A stretch of 64,000 bases of DNA from Eubacteriales bacterium (GCA_035446985.1 DAOTGG010000001.1:17981-81980); one strand, 5' to 3'. Shown: positions 1 to 10,750, numbered from the stretch's first letter. Notes: generated by a model not told the origin, from the letters alone. A program made the numbers and translations.

Positions 1-920
1 CCGAAGGTCACGACCAAAGAGTTATCGATGCAGCAGAGATGATTTCGACTGACGGATTTGCAAAAATCATCATTTTGGGCGATGAACAAAAGGTTCGCGC
101 TATGAGCAAAAACGGTTTGCCTAACGTAAAAATCATCAATCCTAAAACAAGTGAAAAGCTTGAAGAATACGCTAATTTTTTGTACGAGCTTAGAAAAGCC
201 AAAGGTATGACTATCGAACAAGCAAGAACGACGGTTCAGGACGAAATGTATTACGGCGTTATGATGGTTAAACTTGGCGAAGCCGACGGTATGGTAGGGG
301 GAGCTTGCCACGCGACAGGCGATCTATTACGTCCCGCTCTCCAAATCATTAAAACGCGCCCAGGTATAAAAGCTGTTTCGGGCTTTTTCATTATGTACAA
401 TCCCGACAACAAAAAATACCCGATACTTTTGTTTGCTGACTGCGCTGTTACTCCCGTTCCCACAAGCGAAGAACTTGCGGACTTTGCTATTTGCTCCGAT
501 TTATCGGCTAAGCAGTTTTTGGGAGTTGACCCGAAAATCGCTATGCTTTCATTCTCCACAAAAGGCAGCGCAAAACACGACGATGTTACAGTCGTTGCGG
601 AAGCTACACGTATAGTAAAAGAACGCGCTCCCGAAATAACAGTAGACGGCGAAATTCAGTTTGACGCCGCTGTCGTTCCCGAAGTCGGCAAACTTAAATG
701 CCCCGGCAGCCCTGTTGCGGGACAAGCCAACGTATTTATTTTCCCCGACCTTAACGCAGGCAATATCGGTTACAAAATCGCTCAGCGTCTTGGTAACTAC
801 AAAGCTTACGGTCCTATTTGCCAAGGTATGGCAAAGCCCGTAAACGACTTATCCCGCGGTTGTGTAGCTGACGATATCGTAGGCGTAGTCGCTATGACGG
901 CAGTACAATCTATGGAATAA
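1..920 (+). CDS. pta: Phosphate acetyltransferase, 5'-truncated by window edge
   Basis: Frame 3 is open from nt 3 (EGHDQRVIDAAE precedes the first ATG at 39). Pta-like motifs ADGMVGGA, SFSTKGSAKH, NAGNIGYKI, DLSRG. Sits directly upstream of ackA. Confidence 0.9.
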   Translation, partial: EGHDQRVIDAAEMISTDGFAKIIILGDEQKVRAMSKNGLPNVKIINPKTSEKLEEYANFLYELRKAKGMTIEQARTTVQDEMYYGVMMVKLGEADGMVGGACHATGDLLRPALQIIKTRPGIKAVSGFFIMYNPDNKKYPILLFADCAVTPVPTSEELADFAICSDLSAKQFLGVDPKIAMLSFSTKGSAKHDDVTVVAEATRIVKERAPEITVDGEIQFDAAVVPEVGKLKCPGSPVAGQANVFIFPDLNAGNIGYKIAQRLGNYKAYGPICQGMAKPVNDLSRGCVADDIVGVVAMTAVQSME

Positions 921-938
921 ATTTTTTAGGAGATATAA

Positions 939-2138
939 ATGAAAATACTAGTTATCAATGCAGGAAGTTCTTCACTTAAATATCAACTTATCGATATGTC
1001 AAATGAAGAAGTTATCGCAAAAGGTCTATGCGAACGTATAGCTATTAACGGCTCCTTTTTAACTCACAAAGCTCACGGAAAAGAATACGTTTTTAAGCAG
1101 GATATGCCCAATCACAAAGTCGCTATAAAAATGGTTTTGGACGCTTTGGTGTCTAGTGAATGCGGCGTAATTAAATCAATGGACGAAATTGCAGCGGTAG
1201 GACACCGAGTGGTTCACGGCGCGGAAGATTTTAATACTTCCGTTATTATCGACGAAAAAGTACTGGATTGCCTGCGTGTAAACAGCGAGCTTGCTCCGCT
1301 TCATAACCCCGCTAATATTATGGGAATAGAAGCTTGTCAGGCGATAATGCCCCGTACTCCTATGGTTGCTGTTTTTGATACCGCTTTTCACGCTACAATG
1401 CCCGAAAAAGCTTATCTATACGGTCTTGCTTACTCAGATTACAAAAACTATCGTATTCGTAAATACGGTTTTCACGGCACAAGTCATATGTTCGTGGCTA
1501 ATCAAGCGGCAAAATATCTTAATAAGCCTATTGAGCAGCTTAAAATCATCACTTGCCACCTTGGCAACGGCAGTTCTATCACCGCTGTAAATAACGGCAA
1601 AAGCGTTGAAACTTCTATGGGATTCACGCCTCTTGACGGTTTGCCTATGGGTACCCGTTCGGGCAGTCTTGACCCCGCTATTGTGGAATTTTTGATGCAA
1701 AAGACGGGCAAGGACGTTCACGAAGTACTTAAACATCTCAATAAAGAATGCGGTATGCTCGGTCTTTCGGGCAACAGCAGCGACTTCAGAGACCTGACAT
1801 GCGACGGAGCTTTGAATAACCCTAATAATAAACGCGCGGTTGATATTTTCGCTTACAGAGTTAAAAAGTTTATCGGCGAATATTCCGCTGTTATGAACGG
1901 CTGCGACGTTATCGTATTTACCGCGGGCGTTGGCGAAAACACACCGTATGTAAGAGGCGAGGCGTGCAAGGATATGCAATATCTCGGCGTCGAACTGGAC
2001 GAAAACAAAAACGAAAACTGCCCGAGAGGCAAAATCGTGGATTTGTCAAAAGACACAAGCAAAGTAAGAGTTTTGGTTATACCCACAAACGAAGAGCTTG
2101 TAATAGCTACCGAAACGAAAAGAGTGGCTAAAATCTAA
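939..2138 (+). CDS. ackA: Acetate kinase
   Basis: 399 aa. [18 protein letters not shown]-terminus, then [42 protein letters not shown] upstream. Confidence 0.95.
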   Translation: MKILVINAGSSSLKYQLIDMSNEEVIAKGLCERIAINGSFLTHKAHGKEYVFKQDMPNHKVAIKMVLDALVSSECGVIKSMDEIAAVGHRVVHGAEDFNTSVIIDEKVLDCLRVNSELAPLHNPANIMGIEACQAIMPRTPMVAVFDTAFHATMPEKAYLYGLAYSDYKNYRIRKYGFHGTSHMFVANQAAKYLNKPIEQLKIITCHLGNGSSITAVNNGKSVETSMGFTPLDGLPMGTRSGSLDPAIVEFLMQKTGKDVHEVLKHLNKECGMLGLSGNSSDFRDLTCDGALNNPNNKRAVDIFAYRVKKFIGEYSAVMNGCDVIVFTAGVGENTPYVRGEACKDMQYLGVELDENKNENCPRGKIVDLSKDTSKVRVLVIPTNEELVIATETKRVAKI

Positions 2139-2158
2139 ATTGTTTTAAGTTAAAATGT

Positions 2159-2187
2159 TTGACAAAACGTTATCTACTCGGTATAAT
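2159..2187 (+). promoter_or_regulatory. Consensus sigma-A promoter for rpmF (TTGACA-17-TATAAT)
   Basis: TTGACA at 2159-2164, exactly 17-nt spacer, TATAAT at 2182-2187. Lies 44 nt upstream of the rpmF ATG. Confidence 0.6.
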
Positions 2188-2230
2188 AATCAACGTGTAA
2201 ATTAATCAAGCCAAATGGGGGTGCATATAG

Positions 2231-2422
2231 ATGGCAGTACCAAAACGAAAAGTTTCAAAACAGAGAAAACATAAGAGAGCGGCAAACTGGAAAGCGGCTG
2301 TTCCCGGATTGGCGGAATGCCCGCAATGTCACGAGCTTAAACTTTCTCACAGAGTATGCGGAAATTGCGGATACTATGACCACAAAGAAATAGTAAAGCA
2401 AACAGCTGACGACAAAAAATAA
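2231..2422 (+). CDS. rpmF: 50S ribosomal protein L32
   Basis: 63 aa. [17 protein letters not shown]-terminus and a CPQC...CGNC zinc ribbon. GGGGGTG RBS. Confidence 0.9.
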   Translation: MAVPKRKVSKQRKHKRAANWKAAVPGLAECPQCHELKLSHRVCGNCGYYDHKEIVKQTADDKK

Positions 2423-2443
2423 TTTCGCTACAAAATTTTTGAG

Positions 2444-2472
2444 CGGACCGCTTAACTTGCGGTCCGTTTTTT
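2444..2472 (+). terminator. Intrinsic terminator after rpmF
   Basis: Perfect 8-bp GC-rich stem CGGACCGC (2444-2451) / GCGGTCCG (2459-2466), 7-nt loop, then TTTTTT. Confidence 0.85.
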
Positions 2473-2527
2473 ATGTGTGAAACATTATCATTTTTTGTGA
2501 AACGGACTGCTTTTTAACGGAAAAGTA

Positions 2528-2556
2528 TTGCCCCTAGGAATAAAAAGGGTTATAAT
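2528..2556 (+). promoter_or_regulatory. Candidate sigma-A promoter for plsX-rnc (TTGCCC-17-TATAAT)
   Basis: TTGCCC at 2528-2533, 17-nt spacer, TATAAT at 2551-2556. Lies 34 nt upstream of plsX. Confidence 0.45.
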
Positions 2557-2589
2557 GAGAAAAATTATTTTTTTAAAAGGGTATTATTT

Positions 2590-3603
2590 ATGAAAGTTGT
2601 TATTGACGTTTTTGGCGGGGATAACGCCCCAGATGAAATTCTTTTAGGTTGTAAAAAAGCTTTAGAGCAGAATATAAATTTATCCGTCGTTTTATGCGGC
2701 GACGAATTTATTATCAAACAAAAAATACACGATTATGATTTCGACCCTTCACGAGTCGAAATTTTGCACGCGCCCGAAATCATCACTAACGAGGACGTTC
2801 CTACCGAGGCTATTCGCAATAAGAAAAATTCGTCTTTGGTAGCGGGATTAACTAGACTAAAAGAAGATCCAGAATGCGCGGGTATCGTTTCGGCTGGTAG
2901 CACGGGAGCAGTGCTTACGGGAGCGTTTTTAAAAGTCGGCAGAATAAAAGGCATTATGCGTCCCGCTCTTTCTCCGCTTTTGCCAACTCTTACTGATGGT
3001 GAGGTTTTACTTATAGATTGCGGCGCAAACGTCGATTGTAAGCCGCAAATGCTCGTACAGTTCGCTCAGATGGGAGCGGCGTATATGAAATGCGTAAAAG
3101 GTGTAAAATCGCCTAAAATCGGTCTTTTGTCAAACGGCACGGAAGACAAAAAAGGCAACGAATTGACGAAAGAAACGTTCGGGCTGTTAAAAGCAGAAAC
3201 CGACCTTAATTTTATCGGAAATATGGAAGCGAGAGATATTTTGTCGGGCGAATACGACGTCGTGGTAACCGACGGTTTTTACGGCAATATCGCGTTAAAA
3301 TCCATAGAAGGCACAGCGATAATGATATTGAAAACTCTCAAAAAGAGCATAAAATCCGATCCGCTTAGCGTTTTTGGTTCGTTATTTATGAAAAAGACCT
3401 TTAAAAATCTCAAAAATACGATGGATTACAATAAAAAAGGCGGCGCTCCGCTTATCGGCACGGAAAAAATAGTTATAAAGGCTCACGGAAGCAGCAAAGC
3501 CGAATCTATCTGCGGCGCTATAAATCAAGTTATCGAAATGCATCAAGCAAAGCTTATTGAAAATATCAAAAAAAACTTGAAGGTGGTTAATGTTACCGAT
3601 TAG
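2590..3603 (+). CDS. plsX: Phosphate:acyl-ACP acyltransferase PlsX
   Basis: 337 aa. VIDVFGGDNAP, SAGSTGA and DGFYGNIALK motifs typical of PlsX. Confidence 0.9.
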   Translation: MKVVIDVFGGDNAPDEILLGCKKALEQNINLSVVLCGDEFIIKQKIHDYDFDPSRVEILHAPEIITNEDVPTEAIRNKKNSSLVAGLTRLKEDPECAGIVSAGSTGAVLTGAFLKVGRIKGIMRPALSPLLPTLTDGEVLLIDCGANVDCKPQMLVQFAQMGAAYMKCVKGVKSPKIGLLSNGTEDKKGNELTKETFGLLKAETDLNFIGNMEARDILSGEYDVVVTDGFYGNIALKSIEGTAIMILKTLKKSIKSDPLSVFGSLFMKKTFKNLKNTMDYNKKGGAPLIGTEKIVIKAHGSSKAESICGAINQVIEMHQAKLIENIKKNLKVVNVTD

Positions 3604-4282
3604 CACGATTGAAAAAAAGCTAAAATACGTTTTTAAAGATAAAAATCTGCTTGTGGAAGCTTTTACGCATTCTTCTTACGCCAATGAAAAGCGCATAAGA
3701 AGCAATGAGCAAATGGAGTTTTTGGGCGACGCCGTTTTGGGACTCATCGTCTCAAAATATTTATTCGATCATTATCGAAGCAAAAACGAGGGGGAATACT
3801 CTCAGGCGAAAGCTATGACCGTATCGACCAATTCGCTTTCTCAAGCCGCAAACGAACTGGGTTTGCCAAAATATTTGCAGCTTGGACAGTCTCAAAAAAA
3901 CACCAATATATTGGCGTTCAATCGTATCGACGCGAACCTTTTTGAAGCGGTTTTGTGCGCGATTTACCTTGACAGCGGAATGGCAGAAGCGACGCGGTTC
4001 GTCTTAGACAATCTTGAAGACGATTTAATGGAAGCTTTGACGGAAGGGAACGTATTAAACGCGAAATCCGCCCTACAGGAATACGCGCATAAATGCAAGA
4101 AAAAACTTGAATACGCGTTTATTTCACAGACGGGACCCGACCATAACCCAGTTTTTACTTATCAAGCGGTTTTGGACGGCAAAAAACTTGCCAAGGGCAG
4201 CGGCGGCAGCAAAATAGTTTCGCAAATGGAAGCCGCTGAAAAATCTTTGAAAATGCTCCAATCCGACGATAATTTAATTTAA
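3590..4282 (+). CDS. rnc: Ribonuclease III
   Basis: 230 aa. RNase III signature NEQMEFLGDAVLG and a C-terminal dsRBD-like region (KSALQEY...GPDHNPVFT...GSGGSK). Overlaps the plsX 3' end. Confidence 0.9.
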   Translation: MLPISTIEKKLKYVFKDKNLLVEAFTHSSYANEKRIRSNEQMEFLGDAVLGLIVSKYLFDHYRSKNEGEYSQAKAMTVSTNSLSQAANELGLPKYLQLGQSQKNTNILAFNRIDANLFEAVLCAIYLDSGMAEATRFVLDNLEDDLMEALTEGNVLNAKSALQEYAHKCKKKLEYAFISQTGPDHNPVFTYQAVLDGKKLAKGSGGSKIVSQMEAAEKSLKMLQSDDNLI

Positions 4283-4453
4283 GTTAAATTAATTTTAAAA
4301 TCAAGTAGCAAAGTGTAAAGTTAAATTTTGACAAAAAGCGGTAAAAATTGGCTTTAAACCCGTTAAGATACGGATAAAATTTCAGTAAAATTTCTTTTGA
4401 TTTAATTACTAAGCGTTAGTTTAGATATATTACAACAAGGAGTGACCAATTAG

Positions 4454-7387
4454 GTGAACTTAAAAAAAATAGAAATATACGGTTTTAAATCTTTTTCCGA
4501 CAAACTCGCCATGAGTTTCGATTACCCCGTTACGGGCGTAGTCGGACCGAACGGCTGCGGCAAGAGCAACGTTGTCGACGCCACGCGGTGGGTTTTGGGA
4601 GAACAAAGCGCGAAAGCCTTGCGTGGCAAAACCATGCAGGACCTTATTTTTTCAGGCACGGAAGAGCGAAAATCTATGAGTTACTGCGAAGTCGCTCTTT
4701 TTATGGATAACAAAAACCGTATTTTTCCTATCGAGATGGACGAAGTCGTTATTTCCCGCAAACTTTACCGCAACAACGAAAGCGAATATTTTTTAAATAA
4801 AAATCTAGTCAGATTAAAAGACATCAGCGATATACTGCGCGACGCGGGTCTTGGCAGAGAAGGATATTCTATAGTCGGACAAGGCAGAATGGACGCGATA
4901 CTCAACGCCCGCCCCGAAGACAGACGCGCTATTTTTGAAGAAGCGTTAGGCATTTCAAAATTCCGCGTGCGCAAAGTGGAAACCGAACGAAAACTCGAAA
5001 AAACGCGCGACAATATGTCTCAGCTTTACATAATTCTTAACGAGCTGGAACGTCAGCTTGCGCCGTTAAAAAAACAAGCGGCGGACGCGGAAAAGTTTTT
5101 CGCGTTATCTGAAAAACTGAAATATCACGAAATAAACGCGTATATTTACGGTTATGATACCGCAAGCGAGAAAAAAGCTGAGTTAAAAAAAGTAATAGCC
5201 GATTTAGACGAAAAAGTCGCCGCTGTCAGCGAAAAGTATGCCGAATCGCACAAAAAATACGAAAATCTATATTTGGAAATAAACAACATTGACGCCTTGC
5301 TTAACGATTACCGCAAAACCCAGTTGGAGCTTTCGGTAAAAATCGAGCGTCAAACGGGCGAGAGCAAGGTTTTGAATGAGCGCGTAAAATATTTGCAAAA
5401 CGCGAGCGAGGATTTTTCCAGACAAATAGAGGACGCCCAAGCGACTATCGCCCGCGTCAAAAAAACGATGGAGGACACCGCTAAAGCGCAGCAGGAAAAG
5501 CGTTCGGAACACGAGGCGATATCAAAAACTCTTGCTCAGCTAAACGAACACGCTATCGGATTCAGCGATAAATTAGTCGCTTTTCAAGACAAGGTCGAAC
5601 AGGCGCAAAAACAAGTAGTTACTATTTTGAACGAGTTAAGCGTGCAGAAAAGCCGTTCGTCCGCTCTGAATTCCGAGAAAAACACGCTTGGCGGTCGTTT
5701 GGAACGGGTAAACAGAGATATCGACGAAGTAAATAGAAAAATACAGCAGCTTTCCGACGAGCAGAGCGCGGATATAGATTGTCTTATTGAGGGCAATTAT
5801 GCCATAGTCACAGCCGACAAACTTGCCGCCGACGTGGACGGCTACGTCAGCGTGATAAACTCGCTTTTGGACAAAGTCGTGCTTAGCGGCGAAATTAAAA
5901 CGAAAGTAACAAAATTGCTTGAAAAAGTAAGCAACGCCGCTATTACCGAGTTACGATTGGCTTCCAACTTGGAACGTCAAAACTGGCAGCAAAATCTTAT
6001 TTTGATGTCGGCTTTAAAAGAGCGTTTTTCAAAATACGCGGCTTTGCACGAAACGCAAAGACAAGCGATGAATAAGCTCACGGCGGAAAAAGACCAGCTT
6101 ACCGCAAGACTTGCTGAAATAGAAAAAAGCTTATCGGCAAGCGAAGCGTCAATAGAAATACTGAACCAAAGAAAGGACACCGCGACGGGTTATTCCGAAC
6201 AGTATCAAAAAGAATATAATTCAGTAAAAACGCAAAAAGATAAAGCGCAGGAAGAAATCACCGCCACAAAACTAAAAATCGCCAACCTTACGTCAAATAT
6301 CTTGGCGGGCGAAAACTCCATTAACGGCAACAAGCAGTTAATAAACAGATTGACGGCTGAAATCGCTCAAAAAACAAGACAAATAGAAAATAACAAAGTT
6401 AATATTGAAGAGCTTTACAAGCAAATAGCTAACTGCGGCGGCAATGCAGAAGACTCCGCGCTGTTAGCCCAAGTAAACGAAAAATTGTCCGAAACGGGCA
6501 AACTAAAAAGCGACTTGCAAACGCAGTTTTCCGACGTCGATAGAGAAAGACAGTATTATTCGGCGGAAACTCAAAAATTTACCGAGTTGCGCACAAAAGA
6601 AGAATACAATCTTTTGCGTATCGACGACGATATAAACGCCTTGCAGGAAAAAATATTGAACGAATATGAGCTTACGTATTCTTCCGCGATGCGTTTTAAA
6701 GATCCCGGTTACGACCTAAGTAAATCATCGGACGAAATAAACAAACTGCGCTCGCAGTTGTCAAAACTCGCTTACGTCAACCCCAACGCCGTAAAAGATT
6801 ACAACGACACCTTGCTTAGATACGACGACATTAACGCTCAGCTTGACGATATGAAAAAAGCCGAAGCCGATTTAAAAAACATTTTGAAAGAACTGACGAG
6901 AGAAATCGTCGTGCGTTTTAACGACGGGTTCGAAATCATTAGTCACAATTTCGGCGTAATATTCCAGGAACTTTTCGCAGGCGGTCACGCTCGTATGAGT
7001 ATCGAGGAAGAGGAAGGCAAAGACGAGCTTGATTTCGGAGTTGAAATCGAGGCTCAGCCTCCGGGAAAACGACTTCAAAATATTTCATTGCTTTCGGGCG
7101 GTGAAAGAACGCTTACCGCCGCGGCGATATTGTTCGCGATATTGAAACTCCGTCCTATGCCGTTTTGCGTATTGGACGAAATAGAGGCGGCTTTGGACGA
7201 AGCAAACGCTGAGCGTATAGCAAAATATATCAAAAAATTCAGCTCTGAAACTCAGTTTATCGTAATAACACACAAAAAGCCGACTATGGAATCGTGCGAC
7301 GTGCTATACGGCGTGACAATGGAAGAAAAGGGCGTGTCAAAGATAGTCAGCGTTCAGCTTACCGAAGCGGTAAAAACTGCAGTTTAA
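4454..7387 (+). CDS. smc: SMC chromosome condensation ATPase, short form with no recognisable hinge
   Basis: GTG start with [24 protein letters not shown]-terminus, Walker [19 protein letters not shown], signature [12 protein letters not shown], Walker [13 protein letters not shown]. 977 aa, versus roughly 1180-1190 aa that I recall for typical bacterial SMC. Confidence 0.85.
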   Translation: MNLKKIEIYGFKSFSDKLAMSFDYPVTGVVGPNGCGKSNVVDATRWVLGEQSAKALRGKTMQDLIFSGTEERKSMSYCEVALFMDNKNRIFPIEMDEVVISRKLYRNNESEYFLNKNLVRLKDISDILRDAGLGREGYSIVGQGRMDAILNARPEDRRAIFEEALGISKFRVRKVETERKLEKTRDNMSQLYIILNELERQLAPLKKQAADAEKFFALSEKLKYHEINAYIYGYDTASEKKAELKKVIADLDEKVAAVSEKYAESHKKYENLYLEINNIDALLNDYRKTQLELSVKIERQTGESKVLNERVKYLQNASEDFSRQIEDAQATIARVKKTMEDTAKAQQEKRSEHEAISKTLAQLNEHAIGFSDKLVAFQDKVEQAQKQVVTILNELSVQKSRSSALNSEKNTLGGRLERVNRDIDEVNRKIQQLSDEQSADIDCLIEGNYAIVTADKLAADVDGYVSVINSLLDKVVLSGEIKTKVTKLLEKVSNAAITELRLASNLERQNWQQNLILMSALKERFSKYAALHETQRQAMNKLTAEKDQLTARLAEIEKSLSASEASIEILNQRKDTATGYSEQYQKEYNSVKTQKDKAQEEITATKLKIANLTSNILAGENSINGNKQLINRLTAEIAQKTRQIENNKVNIEELYKQIANCGGNAEDSALLAQVNEKLSETGKLKSDLQTQFSDVDRERQYYSAETQKFTELRTKEEYNLLRIDDDINALQEKILNEYELTYSSAMRFKDPGYDLSKSSDEINKLRSQLSKLAYVNPNAVKDYNDTLLRYDDINAQLDDMKKAEADLKNILKELTREIVVRFNDGFEIISHNFGVIFQELFAGGHARMSIEEEEGKDELDFGVEIEAQPPGKRLQNISLLSGGERTLTAAAILFAILKLRPMPFCVLDEIEAALDEANAERIAKYIKKFSSETQFIVITHKKPTMESCDVLYGVTMEEKGVSKIVSVQLTEAVKTAV

Positions 7388-7460
7388 TTACGCGACGAGA
7401 ATTTTTAAATAGCAAGCCGAAACCAAATCAAAATCGTAAAAAAATTGATAAAAGGTAAAA

Positions 7461-8348
7461 ATGGGATTTATTTCAAAAATCATAGAAGGTCTTAAAAAGA
7501 CCAGGCAATCGATAGGATTTAAGCTAAAACAGCTTTTCAAACAAGGCATTTTCGGCGAGGATTTTTATGACGACGTGGAAGCGATTTTGCTTTCCGCAGA
7601 TATCGGAGCGGAAACGACTTTTGAGATAATAGACAATTTACGCGACCGTATGACGCAGGATCGAGTAGCCGATCCCGACACCGCCGAAAAATATCTCAAA
7701 GAAATTATGGTCGAGATTTTGGGCGAAGAAAAATTGTCTTTTAATAGTCCTTGCGTTATTATGGTAGTCGGCGTAAACGGCGTGGGCAAAACCACCACGA
7801 TAGGCAAACTCGCTAATATTTATACTAAACAAGGCAAAAGCGTTATTATAGCTGCTGCGGATACCTTTAGAGCGGCGGCTGCGGATCAGCTTGAAGTTTG
7901 GGCGAAAAGGGCTAACGTAAGGCTTGTACGGCATGGCGAAGGCTCCGACCCTGCTGCGGTCGTTTTTGACGCTCTCGCTTCCGCAAAAAGCAAAAAAACC
8001 GACGTCGTATTGGTCGATACCGCGGGAAGGCTTCACAACAAAGTCAATTTGATGGAAGAACTGAAAAAAATTAACCGTGTGATAGACCGCGAATACCCCG
8101 AAGCCGACAGAAAAAATCTTATAGTACTCGACGCCACGACGGGGCAAAACGCTCTCACGCAAGTAAAAGTTTTTGACGAAGCGGTAAACCTTGACGGAAT
8201 AATATTGACAAAACTCGACGGCACGGCAAAAGGCGGCGTTGCGCTGGCTTTATCCGAACAAGTGCCCGTGTTTTACGTAGGCGTGGGCGAAAGTATTGAC
8301 GATTTGATAGAATTTGACGCAAGTTCTTTTGTTGAAGGAATTTTATAA
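7461..8348 (+). CDS. ftsY: Signal recognition particle receptor FtsY (NG domains only)
   Basis: 295 aa. GVNGVGKTTTIGKLA, DTAGRLHNK and TKLDGTAKGG motifs. Confidence 0.9.
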   Translation: MGFISKIIEGLKKTRQSIGFKLKQLFKQGIFGEDFYDDVEAILLSADIGAETTFEIIDNLRDRMTQDRVADPDTAEKYLKEIMVEILGEEKLSFNSPCVIMVVGVNGVGKTTTIGKLANIYTKQGKSVIIAAADTFRAAAADQLEVWAKRANVRLVRHGEGSDPAAVVFDALASAKSKKTDVVLVDTAGRLHNKVNLMEELKKINRVIDREYPEADRKNLIVLDATTGQNALTQVKVFDEAVNLDGIILTKLDGTAKGGVALALSEQVPVFYVGVGESIDDLIEFDASSFVEGIL

Positions 8349-8382
8349 AATAAGTCCATATTGGTTTTTTTCTTTCAACCGC

Positions 8383-8411
8383 TTGACAATGTAAATATAT
8401 TTATGTAATAT
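8383..8411 (+). promoter_or_regulatory. Sigma-A promoter for ylxM-ffh (TTGACA-17-TAATAT, TG immediately upstream)
   Basis: TTGACA at 8383-8388, 17-nt spacer, TAATAT at 8406-8411, with TG at 8404-8405. Confidence 0.55.
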
Positions 8412-8415
8412 TCTT

Positions 8416-8449
8416 AGTGTAAAGTAATTTTACTTTACACTTATTTTTT
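8416..8449 (+). terminator. Perfect 26-nt palindrome plus T-run: ftsY terminator and/or operator or 5' stem-loop of ylxM-ffh
   Basis: AGTGTAAAGTAA-TT-TTACTTTACACT (8416-8441) followed by TATTTTTT. The stem is AT-rich. It overlaps the predicted TSS of the adjacent promoter. Confidence 0.45.
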
Positions 8450-8463
8450 AGGAAGCTTAATAA

Positions 8464-8781
8464 ATGGCGTTGTCAAATGAAGAAATCATCATTTTATGCG
8501 ACCTTTACGGTTCGCTTTTGACGGAAAAACAGCTTGGTATGCTAAGACTGTTTTACGACTTTGACAACTCGCTTTCGGAGATAGCGGAGCAGTACGGTGT
8601 CACACGTCAGGCGGTCAGAGACAGCATAGTAAAAGCCACCGAAACGCTGGAAACACTCGAGTCAAAACTCCGTATTCACACAAAATTTGACAAAATCAAA
8701 ATTTTGTCCGAGCATATTAAAGATAATTCAGTTGATTCCGCAGACGACGCGCGCAATATTCTTGAGGTTTTAGCGGAATAA
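8464..8781 (+). CDS. ylxM: YlxM/UPF0122 putative HTH protein (sigma-70 region-4-like) of the ffh operon
   Basis: 105 aa. LTEKQLGMLRLFYDFDNSLSEIAEQYGVTRQAVRDSI HTH segment. Conserved position immediately upstream of ffh. Confidence 0.8.
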   Translation: MALSNEEIIILCDLYGSLLTEKQLGMLRLFYDFDNSLSEIAEQYGVTRQAVRDSIVKATETLETLESKLRIHTKFDKIKILSEHIKDNSVDSADDARNILEVLAE

Positions 8782-8838
8782 TTAAAAGGAAAAACTTAAA
8801 ATAAAAAATTATCGAAAATCCTATATTAGGAGAAAAAA

Positions 8839-10152
8839 ATGGCGACTTTCGGAACGTTATCGGAAAGAATAACACACGTTTTTTCAAAGTTGAAAAATAA
8901 AGGACGGCTTACCGACCTTGAAATAAAACAAGCTATGCGTGAAATCCGCGTGGCATTACTTGAAGCGGACGTTAATATTACCGTTGTAAAAGATTTTATA
9001 AACTCGGTTTCGGAAAAAGCCACGGGCGAAGATATACTAAAAAGCCTTACCCCGGGACAGCAGGTTATCAAGATAGTCAACGAAGAACTCATATCTTTGC
9101 TTGGCGGAACGCAGGCAAAACTCGCCGTATCAAGCAAGCTGCCCACCGTTATTATGATGTGCGGACTGCAAGGCTCGGGCAAAACGACTATGTGCGGCAA
9201 ACTCGGTCTTTATCTCAAAAAACAAGGCAAACGCCCTTTGGCGGTAGCGTGCGACATATACCGTCCCGCGGCTATAAATCAGCTTGAAGTGGTTGCGAAA
9301 AAAGCCGATATAGGTTTTTTTGAAATGGGGCAGGCGGACGCTGTCAAAATCGCCAAAAACGGCGTGCAATACGCGTTAAAAAACAATTACGACACAGTTA
9401 TATTAGACACGGCTGGCAGACTTCACGTTAACGAAGAACTTATGAAAGAACTCGTTATGATAACCAAAGCTGTCGACGTCACGGAAAAACTTTTGGTAGT
9501 GGACTCTATGACGGGACAAGACGCCGTGAACGTGGCGAAAGTCTTTGACGAAACCTTAGATATAAGCGGCGTTATTATGACGAAACTCGACGGAGACACT
9601 CGCGGCGGCGCGACGCTCTCTATAAGAGCTGTGACGGGAAAACCCGTAAAGTTTTGCGGTATCGGCGAAAAACTAAGCGACCTTGAGCCTTTTTACCCAG
9701 ACAGAATGGCAAGCCGTATTTTGGGTATGGGCGACGTATTAACGTTAATCGAAAAAGCGCAGCAGTCCGTCGATATGGACAAAGCGGCGGAACTTGCAAA
9801 AAAACTCAAAGAAGCGACATTCGACCTTAACGATTTTTTGACGCAGCTCGAATCTATGAAAAATATGGGTAATCTCAGCGACATGGTCAATATGATACCT
9901 GGCGCAAGTAAAATGAATTTGGGTAGCGGACAAATAGACGAAAAAGAAATATACAAAAACAAAGCTATTATTCAGTCAATGACGCCTGCAGAAAGGACTA
10001 ACCCCAAGCTGCTTAATTACGCTCGGCGTAAACGCGTGGCTTCGGGCAGCGGCACAAACGTGCAGGACGTCAATAAACTTATGAAACAGTTTGAACAAAC
10101 AAAGGAAATGATGAAGCGTTTTGGCAAACGAGGAGCAAAATTTCCTTTCTAG
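8839..10152 (+). CDS. ffh: Signal recognition particle protein Ffh
   Basis: 437 aa. GLQGSGKTTMCGKL, DTAGRLH, TKLDGDTRGGA and a Met-rich M domain (MKNMGNLSDMVNMIPG). Confidence 0.95.
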   Translation: MATFGTLSERITHVFSKLKNKGRLTDLEIKQAMREIRVALLEADVNITVVKDFINSVSEKATGEDILKSLTPGQQVIKIVNEELISLLGGTQAKLAVSSKLPTVIMMCGLQGSGKTTMCGKLGLYLKKQGKRPLAVACDIYRPAAINQLEVVAKKADIGFFEMGQADAVKIAKNGVQYALKNNYDTVILDTAGRLHVNEELMKELVMITKAVDVTEKLLVVDSMTGQDAVNVAKVFDETLDISGVIMTKLDGDTRGGATLSIRAVTGKPVKFCGIGEKLSDLEPFYPDRMASRILGMGDVLTLIEKAQQSVDMDKAAELAKKLKEATFDLNDFLTQLESMKNMGNLSDMVNMIPGASKMNLGSGQIDEKEIYKNKAIIQSMTPAERTNPKLLNYARRKRVASGSGTNVQDVNKLMKQFEQTKEMMKRFGKRGAKFPF

Positions 10153-10203
10153 TTAAATATAATACAAATTTTTTAAAAGCATTTTTGGAGGAAAAAATCA
10201 GTT

Positions 10204-10500
10204 ATGTCAGTAAAAATGAGACTAACCAGACTTGGTGACAAAAAATCACCTTTTTACCGTGTAGTAGTAGTAGATTCTCGCGTTGCAAGAGACGGCGCTT
10301 TCGTTGAACAAATCGGAACTTACGATCCCCTTAAAAACCCCGCTGAAGTAAAAATCGACAAAGAAAAAGCGGCAAAATGGATTGCCAGCGGCGTTCAACC
10401 CACAGACACAGTTAGAGCTATCTTGGTAAAAGAAGGCGTTATCAAACCTACAGTTAGAAAACAAACTGCTAAAAAACAACCCGCTAAGGACAAAGAATAA
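10204..10500 (+). CDS. rpsP: 30S ribosomal protein S16
   Basis: 98 aa. [27 protein letters not shown]-terminus. Confidence 0.95.
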   Translation: MSVKMRLTRLGDKKSPFYRVVVVDSRVARDGAFVEQIGTYDPLKNPAEVKIDKEKAAKWIASGVQPTDTVRAILVKEGVIKPTVRKQTAKKQPAKDKE

Positions 10501-10730
10501 TGGTCGAACTTATCGAATATATCGTAAAAGAGCTCGTCGAAGACAAAGATAACGTCCAAGTCGCTTCAGTAACAGACGGCGGCGTTACCACGGTCACGAT
10601 AAAAGTTTCTCAAAACGATACGGGTAAAATAATCGGCAAAAAAGGTAAAATAGTAACTGCTATCCGCACGATAGCGAAAGCGGTTGCGGTAAAACGCGGC
10701 GAAAAATACATCGTTGAAGTTGTAGACTAA
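10500..10730 (+). CDS. khpA: KH-domain RNA-binding protein (YlqC/KhpA family)
   Basis: 76 aa. GKIIGKKGKIVTAIRTI GXXG KH motif. Conserved slot between rpsP and rimM. 1-nt overlap with the rpsP stop. Confidence 0.85.
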   Translation: MVELIEYIVKELVEDKDNVQVASVTDGGVTTVTIKVSQNDTGKIIGKKGKIVTAIRTIAKAVAVKRGEKYIVEVVD

Positions 10731-10750
10731 CGTATATCCAAGGCAAAACT

